NCBI RefSeq assembly: GCF_036321535.1
Contig: NC_087437.1
Span: forward strand, 41,480,001-41,544,000
Direction of reading: 5' to 3'
DNA length: 64,000 nt
From: Camelus dromedarius
Lineage: Eukaryota
Shown here: piece by piece, positions 53,941 through 64,000 of the stretch
How the letters are laid out: the number at the start of each line of letters is the position of its first letter
Numbering within the stretch: the first letter of the stretch is position 1
Made by a program: the position numbers and the translations under genes
Notes under the pieces: model-generated
Databases searched by the model: none
What the model was told of the DNA's origin: nothing
Seen by the model: only the letters and a program-made list of their open reading frames with translations

Positions 53941-54820
53941 TTATCTCCGTTCCCTCTGTGACCATCATTCTCCCCATTTTACAGATGAAGAAAGCGAGAC
54001 AAAAAGAGCACTAGTAAAGCTGAGAGCCAAACTCAGGCCGTCTGCTTCCAGTCCTTTACGCTCCTATGCCCAACACCGTGGAGCCACCTCATCATTTCTT
54101 TTATGGTCATTTCTGATGACACTTTAGTCTTCAAATGTGATGCTTGGTGTTGCTCTTTAAGGTAATCTTTATTGGCTTCACCCTTCCTTGTCTTTACTGA
54201 CTCTGTCCCAGGCGCTTCCTGAGTCCTAATTAGACTACCTGTGTCCAAGTCTTTGTCTCCGGGTTTTCTTTTGGGGGGAACCTAAGTATCGTGTCATGCA
54301 GAATGTAGTCAAATGCTAAGATGTGTAGCAAACACAATTTTCCTTGGCAAGGCCAACAGAGCAGCTAAACTGAGGATTATGGAAAAGAAGAGTGGCAGCT
54401 GGGAGTGATTTAGCTGGAGGGTTAAGGAGGAGTCGGTCCAGAAAGAGCCTTATAAAACCTTATTAGGACTTTACCCTAAAAAAACAAAGGCTTTTAAAGG
54501 GATTTAAGCTGGGAGAGACATGATGAGATCTGCACTTAAAAATTATCTCTAACTGTAAGGAACCCCTTAGCCGCAAGCCACACACAGGAAGCTTCTCTCC
54601 ACATTTTCCTCACCTGTTTCTCATGCGGTGGTGCTTCCTGGTGGTTCCTGAAGACAGCTGGCTCCTGCCCCCAGGGGCTTGGCCGAGCGTTGTCCCAAAG
54701 CTGAAACCATAGTGGATCCTGAAGAGACCTAGCCTTTATCAGCAGCACCAGGAGCCAAGTTCCCACAGGAGCCAAGTCCATCAGTGAAATACGTGTACCT
54801 TGAGGGTCAGAGGGGGGACT

Positions 54821-54839
54821 TGGCGCCACCTGCTGGCCA
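54821..54839 (-). promoter_or_regulatory. CTCF binding motif (strong match)
   Basis: Minus strand TGGCCAGCAGGTGGCGCCA versus consensus TGGCCACCAGGGGGCGCTA; CpG retained; TGCACGTCC immediately upstream resembles the zinc-finger 9-11 module. Confidence 0.75.
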
Positions 54840-54960
54840 GCTGGGACGTGCAGGCTGCAACCTCTCAGTTCAGTGGAGGCCATGCTCCCAGCTGGCAAGC
54901 CTTCAGAATCCACAATATTTGGAAATTCAAACTGAAATGGAGCCAAATGACTTCTCAAAA

Positions 54961-55008
54961 CAAAAACAAAAACAAAAACAAAAACAAAAACAAAAACAAA
55001 AACAAAAA
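54961..55008 (+). repeat. (CAAAAA)8 perfect microsatellite
   Basis: Direct count; explains the KQKQ and NKNK ORF translations. Confidence 0.97.
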
Positions 55009-58000
55009 CCCTGATTTGGGAGGGACCAGACCTGACAGTGAAACTAGTTAATCCACGTGAGGTGATGGACTAGGCAGAGTAGAAAGTAGCTCTGGGATAG
55101 AAATGAGTGACTGCACCTGGGAGCCATTTAGTAGCGGTGTTCGCAGGCTTGGTGGCTGACTGGCTGGGGAGGGTGAGAGAAAGGGAGGAATCAAGGATGA
55201 GAATTCTCTCTCCAGGCCAGCAGCTGGTGGACAGTGGGGCTGTTCCCTAATTCTGCTGGGGGGGAGCGTCTGGGAGGCCTGCTGACGGCTGCCGTTTTGG
55301 GTAGGCTGCCCTGCTGAGTCTGAGGTGCATGTGGGAAAAGCAAGGTCAGGTATCTTTTGCTCAGATACCTAGTGTGTCTGGCGCTTAGGAGGGAGACCTG
55401 GGCTGCGGGTGAGCACGTGGACAGCAGTGAAGCCGTGGGAGCCGAGTATCGTGTAGAATGCGGAGAACGAGCCAGAGGGAGCCTGAAGAGATGACGTGGA
55501 GAAACAGAGCCCACGATGATTCTAGAATGTAAGCAGTCACCCGGAAGCCAGAGAAGCTTCAGGGACGCCTAGTCGAGATAAAGGCTGAAGGTGTCCTTGC
55601 TGAAAAAGCCAGAGGTAGAAAAATAGGCAAAACTGATCTTAGTTTCAAGAATTCTGGAAAGTGATTGCCCTTCAGGGCACAGGGAGTGACTGGAAGAGGA
55701 GGGGGCACAGGGGGGCTTCTCTCTCTCTGGGTGCTGCTGAGACGTGTGCGTTAAGTTTGTGAGAGGACTGTGGCAGCAGGGGACTCTGGGACTCTGACAC
55801 CTGCCCCACAAACACACGTCTGTGTGAGCTCAGACCTCCAGCACCCAGGCGCTAAAAACCCCTTGTGCAGAATGAGGACTCTTGTTTTCAAAGAGAGACT
55901 GATTTCACACTTTTAATTGTTTAATTAATGAATATTTACATTTTAAAAAAGCAGTAAAAGGACCAGGCATAGAAAGCATTGACTGTGAGGCAGAGAACGG
56001 ATACAGGTATCCTTTCCAAGTCTTGATGGAAGGAAAATTCAGAGAGACTGAGTTTCTTGCATTCACAGTTCTCACTCTGGATACAAACCGTTAGGCCTGC
56101 CCATTCTCATTTAACACTTTAGTTACAAACATTATCAGACGTGCTGGTTATGAGCACTCAGCTGGGAGAAGCCTGCCTTGTTAGCTGACAATAACTCTTT
56201 CGGAACCAAAAACCATGTGATTTTCATTCCTGAAAGGACCTGACCTTGTTAGAATAAATCTATTGCAGGATGCTGGGCTCTGGAATAGGGAGAGTTAAAA
56301 ACCTTGCTTATGGAGATTAAAACTCACCTAACAGAGCTGAAGTGCTCTAACTGAAGATTCTCTGCTTCCTCTAGAGGAAGGATCAGTAAGCGTTTCTTAA
56401 GGATGGCAAGTAGTTTCCGATTTGCAGATCGTTTGGTCATGAGACCTGTAAACAAATGGACATGGCTGCATTTAAAAAAACCTTTATTTACAAAGCTGGC
56501 CATAAAGTGTGAGGCTGGGAGCCTGAGTTCTGTCCAGAACATCTGGACGTTCTGAATGGATGTCCATCACCGAGTATTTGGTTTTTGTGTCAGAGACACG
56601 TGCTCCAACTGCAATACTTTGGTATGAATTTTTAGAATGGTTTAGGAAAATATCAGTACCTGTGACTTAGACCATTTCATGTGAAGAATCCAAGTGGAAA
56701 ATACATTAGGAAAGCATGGTGTTAACAATTCCCAGTGTCAAGCAGAACCAGGCGGACATTCACTTCAGCGCATTTATCTAGAATAAAGCAAGCAATTAAG
56801 CTACTGGGGAGCAGGAAAGAGTAAGCTTGCGTTTTGGTTGCACTGCCATCCCAGTCCCTGACTTAAACACCTTGGAGGTTTACAATAATTAGTGTGACAA
56901 ATTTTCATTTGTCTTACTTTGATTACTTTTTAAGTTAAAAATTTAAACTGGTATAAAGAAAAAAAATTGCATAAAGAAAAAATGAAATAACCTATAAGAA
57001 ACTGTCACAGAATTTTTGGTTCCTTGAATGAATCCTTCCAACCTCAAGTCAAAGCCAGGAATCTTTCACATGTGAATTAAATGCCGTTAGGAATCATATT
57101 TGGTACGTGTAGGGCAGCCCCCCCAGACATAATGCAGATCCACTGATTCTTCACCTGCAACTTCTGGACAGATGCCGATGGATTCCTTCACCAGTGAATT
57201 TCTAGATTCAAGAATGTCTCAAGGCCTATGCCTGATAAAACGCATTTTAAACTTCCAAACTGCCAGTAATAATTGGCTTCAGAGGATCCTCCAAGGAAGT
57301 AAAAATATATTCCTAAGCACACTTGACACCCTTTAGGGTTTGCTCATTTTATACAAGAGAGAACGGAGAGGGATGAGAAGACATGAAGGGCCCTCCTTAG
57401 CCCTCCTGTGGAGAGTGGCAGGCATCTGAAAATGCTCAAATGCTCCATCAGAGCCGAGATCTTAAAAAGAATGATTACCTCCGTTAAAAAATAATATTTT
57501 GTCAGTCCCTTAAAAGTGGGAGTTAAACTGAAGATTTGTTATCGAGGTCTCATGTTGTTTTTTTCCCAGAAAGCTTTTTCTTGTCCTGTAAAATGGTTTT
57601 CACGATACAGGAGGGCTCCGGTTGGGGACAGAGGCTGAAGGAATAAGGCATGAGGCGAGGCAGGAAGAAGCGCAGAGTCTTCAAGAGAAACATAAAATCT
57701 GTTCTTACATCTGCAAAAAGACTTCCTGGCTTGCTGTTTTCCTCGGGAAAGCTGTTAATTCATGATCTATTATAGTTCCCCAAGTTATTACCTAAGAGAT
57801 TAACTGCTCATGTTTTTGACTACTTACAGGCAAAATTTTCTTCTTAAGGTGCTATTAAAAGAAATCCACTATGTTATTTTACAATTGCCACTCAATTATC
57901 TAATAACCAGCTCTCCAAGGCTCTTGTCATGTGATGCATGACAACTGAGAATTAAGACCACCCCACTGAGAGGTGAGTCACCGAGTGGACAGTTGCTACA

Positions 58001-58049
58001 GAGCAAATGCCTGCACCAGCCCTGCTGTGTTGAGTGCCCTCCAACGACT

Positions 58050-60798
58050 AAGCTTGGCTAACCTGAAAGGCTTTAATGGGCTATGGCCACTTCCTACTTT
58101 TCACTTCTTATAATCATAAAACTTTTCCTTCTTGAAAACAAAAATTATTAGAGAGATTATCAGAGTGTCAGGTACAACACTTATCAGCATTTCAAAAAAT
58201 TATAGACAGTTTAAAATGTTGAACAGATTCAGTAACAGCTTTTCAAGACCCTGAGTCACTTGCATTTTAAAGCCTGTATCAGACATTGCAATGTTAAAGG
58301 TAAATTATTTGAACGTCTATTGGGTAGTAAGGATGTCAGAGAACAATGGGTAATTAGGCCATACTGTACATCTTGTGTCCACAGTCCTAGCAATTTTTGC
58401 AGAATGTTGTACTACTTAAACTGCTCTTGCAAAACAGGCAATTATTGCACTGAATTTTCCATAAAATCCACCCAAATAAATCTTGTAGTCTCTCATCTTT
58501 GCAGATGAGCATCTTGCCTTTGAGAAGATGCAGTAGAAAAGCAACTTGCTACAGAAGCCAGCAGGAAGATTTCTTGTCTGAGACTCCGTAAGTTTTTCGT
58601 TTCATTATCTCTCCTCCACCTCCTTTATTCATTCGACAAACACATACTGAGCACCTCTTCTGTTCCAGGCACTGTTCCAGACTCAGGGTATACACTATGA
58701 ACAAAATACAGGGAAGTCCCTGCCCAGTGGAGCTTACATTCTAATATGGTGAGACAGACAAGCACATAAGTACATAGTATCACAGGGATCAAAACAGCTT
58801 AGAGACATCCTGTCTGAAATCTGTTTAGTGCATCTCCTCATTTGGGGGCAGTGGTGAGTGACCCGAAAGGCCAGTAATGGACTGCAATGTCACTTGTCCT
58901 AATGGGTGAACTACAGTGATTCCTTCAACTAACCTGGGTCTCAGTTTCTCATCTATAAAATGGGGAGAAGATGGGGTAAGTGTTTTTTTTTTAAAGAGAA
59001 AGGGTCCTTTCAGGCTTTAATTCTCATGGTTTTATGGAAGCATTTGCACAAAATCAAAAGCCATTTGTTGACTGTTCTACATTTTAAAAAATACTTAAAA
59101 AGAAAATATAAGAAACTCTAAGGTATTCCACATGCATTCAGCACTTTAAATGCCACTCTAAACTTCGTAAGTAGCAAACGCCTTATTTACAACTGCTACA
59201 CAATGAAGTCATTTTACCGTCTTCAGACATTAGAAAAGCATTTTCATTTGCACTGTCGGTTACATAGTCCCACCTCATTTGTAAAACGCTCCCCTGGGCG
59301 TGGCACTGTCTCTCTCCTGCTAACCCAGATACTGACCTTGTGCTCCTGTCTGACCTTGTCCCCTGGACTATCAGCTCTACCAGAACAGGGATTGGGTCCT
59401 TGCTTCTTTGGATGAGATCCTGTCCGGATAATCCACAGACGTGTCGTCACTGCACCTACACCACGCTTTACGGGCTCAGGCCTTTTAGGAACCCACATTA
59501 ATTTTTCAGGCCGTAAGAAGAGTTCTGCTTAATAAAAATGGAGCTATAGTGTACCAAAGGGTATGTTAATATCCAAAAAGGAAAAAATGGGTTCCCAGAG
59601 CAATTCTAGGACAGACTAGGATAATGAGAATAAATAATCCTAACCTCTTTGGAAGGCCTGGTGGAATGTTAATGCATATTTAATAATGCAAGCGAAGTAG
59701 CATGTATTTTGCAGTTAATTTTTCTTAAAGATGGTAACATAGCTGGAGTGCTGAATGTCACGTGAGGTGAGGCTTATACTCATTAACTTGGTACAAGTTA
59801 TGAAGCCTCTGATTCTATTAAAAGACAAGCTGTATCCACTGGTTTGATTTTGAAATGTAGAAATTCCAATTTCCATCAATCCAGCAGCTAAGAATGACAG
59901 GAAATTTTATAGGACTATAAGAAATCTTATCTGGATCAGATCCCCACTGACATGTTGGCGGTTTCTGAAGGCTGCATGCTCCATCTTTGAGTTTTATCCG
60001 TTGCTGAGTAATCAGATCGCCTACATATGTTTTCAAATTTGATCAGGTGGGCCCTGTCAAAAGGACACATCTTCTCAGTGCCTTTGGAGGCAAAGCGAAA
60101 TCTCTGCCTTAATAACTGAATTTAATTCCTTCCTGTTGGTCTGTGATGTCAAGATGCACAGTGTCAATATTACCAGAAGTGCGGGCTGCTGTGTAGACCG
60201 AGGTCTGTCCTGTCCTTACGGTCACTGGAAAGGAGGAAAGAGCACATCCTTGGCTGGGGGCATGCTACTGCTTCAGGACCAGGTGGGAAGGAGCAGCCGG
60301 TGACACCTCGAAGAAACTTGGGGCAGAATCAGAACATCTTCTGGCAACAAACGATATCTCAAACCAGAGCCTGTCCGGACTATGAGAAGAAGGCAGGTCC
60401 AGCAGACCTCAGCTGCATGAGTGAGGGTCAGAGGAAATTAAGGAGGCTCAGACAACGTTTGGCAACGTTGTTCACAGTTAGGGTAAATTCTTGTTAGTGA
60501 AGAAAATGCACTTTGGCATACATTGTGGAATTTAAGTATGTGTTTAATCTGTTGGATATCTGCACCTCAGAATGCAGTCCCTTTTTCACAAGGACAGGCA
60601 GGAGGCGTTACAGAGCCCTGCTGATGCTCACTGTCCTCACATCAGTACGACTGCAGCCCCTCCTAGCCAATCCAAAGGGTCTAAGGGTGGGATACAAGAG
60701 TGCACTGCGTCTGGCTTTGGCTGCTAGGTCTCCAGAAAGTCACGGTGTGCAGTGTACTCGTCAGGGTAAAGCCCTTGGGCTGCAAACAAATATAACTC
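58050..60798 (-). other. PLD1: PLD1 3' UTR (distal end uncertain)
   Basis: Follows the stop codon; mostly unique sequence. Candidate minus-strand poly(A) signals include ATTAAA 59016-59021, AATAAA 58624-58629, ATTAAA 58072-58077 and a more distal AATAAA 56483-56488. The end point is inferred. Confidence 0.6.
58625..58780 (-). mobile_element. LINE-2 3' end within the probable PLD1 3' UTR
   Basis: ttattcattcgacaaacacatactgagcacctcttctgttccaggcactg...gagcttacattctaatatggtgagacagaca. Confidence 0.85.
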
Positions 60799-61023
60799 TT
60801 AAGTCCAAACCTCCGTGGGCACTATGGCTTCTTTGGTTCCAACCGCAGGCAGTAGGTTTTCTTCAGACAAGAAATAAAGTGGGAATTGCACCAAGAACCC
60901 GTGGATCTTCTTCAGCTCTTCCTCCGCTCTGATGGGATCTTCCTTCGCTAAGATGGGCTTGCTTATAAAGTCTCTCAGCTGAATTAAATTGTGTACTTCA
61001 TCGTTGGGAAGGCACCGGAACAC
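60799..61023 (-). CDS. PLD1: Phospholipase D1, terminal coding exon (74 aa + TAA)
   Basis: Translates [74 protein letters not shown], the recognisable PLD1 C-terminus. Acceptor tttcaatcAG|GTG (AG at 61025-61024), phase 0, TAA at 60801-60799. Confidence 0.97.
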   Translation of the reverse strand: MFRCLPNDEVHNLIQLRDFISKPILAKEDPIRAEEELKKIHGFLVQFPLYFLSEENLLPAVGTKEAIVPTEVWT

Positions 61024-62819
<1,796 letters not shown>

Positions 62820-63139
62820 TCAAGCACTCAGCCACAGAAGTCTAATTTTTTTTTTTTTACGAAATCAAAGGAAGCCATTAAGACTAAGTGTGTGTCTCTG
62901 TATGTCTATATAAAAAAAATCTAAGCTGCAAAACAAAACAAACAAAAACCTAAGTTGTTATGATGCTTGAAAATTTTAACTGTTGGACAGAGAAAGACCC
63001 TCATTTTGTTTAAGAGAGTCCTCGTAACTTGGCCTAAGAGGGTGAGGACACTGGAGGATAAGATGAGTGTGCAAAGCATGTGCCAGCCAAGGTGCTGAGC
63101 CCTTTCCAAAAAGGATCTCAGGAAATCCTCCACAACCTT

Positions 63140-63295
63140 AGAAGAGGGATCTGTTATTATTTTCATTTTACAGCAAAGGGAACTAAGGCACGAAGAAGTT
63201 AAGTAACTGGTTCAAGGTATAGAGCTGGTAAGCTCTGATCTGGGGCTCCAGCCAGGACCACCCGACTCCCAGACCTGTGCTCTTAACCATAATTT
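63140..63295 (-). mobile_element. MIR in a PLD1 intron
   Basis: attattttcattttacagcaaagggaactaaggcacgaagaagttaagtaactggttcaagg...gactcccagacctgtgctcttaacca. Confidence 0.8.
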
Positions 63296-64000
63296 GACCT
63301 TCCCTCCTTCCCTCTTCCCTCCCTTGGGCCAAGAACGATGCCGAACTAGGGTACAGAAATGAATATGGAAGACATGGAGCCTCTCTGGGTGGAGTTAAAT
63401 TTGGAGGATGAGATCAACAATAAACACTCTCAAAAGGAATTAATTAAAATGTGATAAATACCAGGTGTGCTTCAAGAGGATGTGATGGGGTAGTCGGGGA
63501 GGCTTTTCCTTCCCTTCCCTGTTTGCCTAACCCTACCTCCCATCATCCAGGTTCAGTCCAAGGATCGCCTCTATAAAACTTTGCACGAGTCCCCCATCTC
63601 CCATCTCCCATCTCCCATTTCTTCCCGTCAATTCTGAGTGATCTGAACATTCTTCCTTTGTCCCCACTCTGTGCTTCCCATACGCTTCGTTCTTATCGGA
63701 GCACTTGCGATGCTTTACGCACTTTTTGTTTTTAACAGGCCCGTCTCCCACTTCCAGTGTGTAAATTCTTGGAGAGAAGAGGACCCGGCTCCTCTCACAT
63801 CCCCAGAGCACCTGGCATAAAAGAAGCCAGGTAGTGGATGTTGCCTGAATTGATCAAATATAAACAGAGGACCAGAAATGACAAGAAATTCTCAAGCAAA
63901 GCAAGACGAGTTTTAGAGGTCATATTTGAAAATTAGAAGGACTCTTGTACTTACATAAAGCCTGAGAGTTAAAAAGCACTTCCATCTTAATCCTGCGATG

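Noticed and set aside
54749..54777. Short direct repeats: CAGGAGCCAAGT x2 here, TGAGCCATGCA x2 at 41854-41885, CTATTTGT x3 at 10668-10709, CTGACCTTGT x2 at 59332-59359
   Set aside because: Ordinary slippage-type micro-duplications with 2-3 copies; not an array and no supporting context.
58720..58740. L2-derived miR-28-family target site in the PLD1 UTR
   Set aside because: The mRNA reads AGCUCCA rather than the seed match AGCUCCU; only an offset 6-mer.
1..60700. The many 60-174 aa ORFs in the six-frame track
   Set aside because: No recognisable domains or coherent exon structure; many begin at GTG/TTG, which is not meaningful for a mammal; several are translations of L1, MLT or MIR remnants or of microsatellites.
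60513..60932. 139-aa plus-strand ORF antisense to PLD1
   Set aside because: TTG start, partly the shadow of the PLD1 coding exon, no independent evidence.

Overview
Mammalian genomic DNA: CpG-depleted and dense in L1, L2, MIR, MaLR and MER repeats. Two tRNA-derived SINEs resemble the camelid vic-1 type, suggesting a camel/alpaca-like genome. The only protein-coding sequence I can support is the 3' end of PLD1 (phospholipase D1) on the minus strand: penultimate exon 62622-62739 and terminal coding exon 60799-61023, ending ...EVWT-stop, followed by a multi-kb 3' UTR whose end is uncertain. The remaining ~55 kb is intergenic; from recalled human synteny the next gene to the left would be TNIK, which I do not see in this window. 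Nearly all ORFs in the track are noise or repeat-derived. I found no convincing novel gene system. The most notable signals are small-scale: a 61-bp near-identical templated insertion, a decayed ~0.55-kb three-unit repeat, a ~77-bp local duplication, two same-orientation CTCF motifs downstream of PLD1, a FOX:ETS/STAT/KLF motif cluster, a possible intronic polyadenylation isoform of PLD1, and several nested transposon insertions. Repeat subfamily names come from recalled consensus sequences and their boundaries are approximate.
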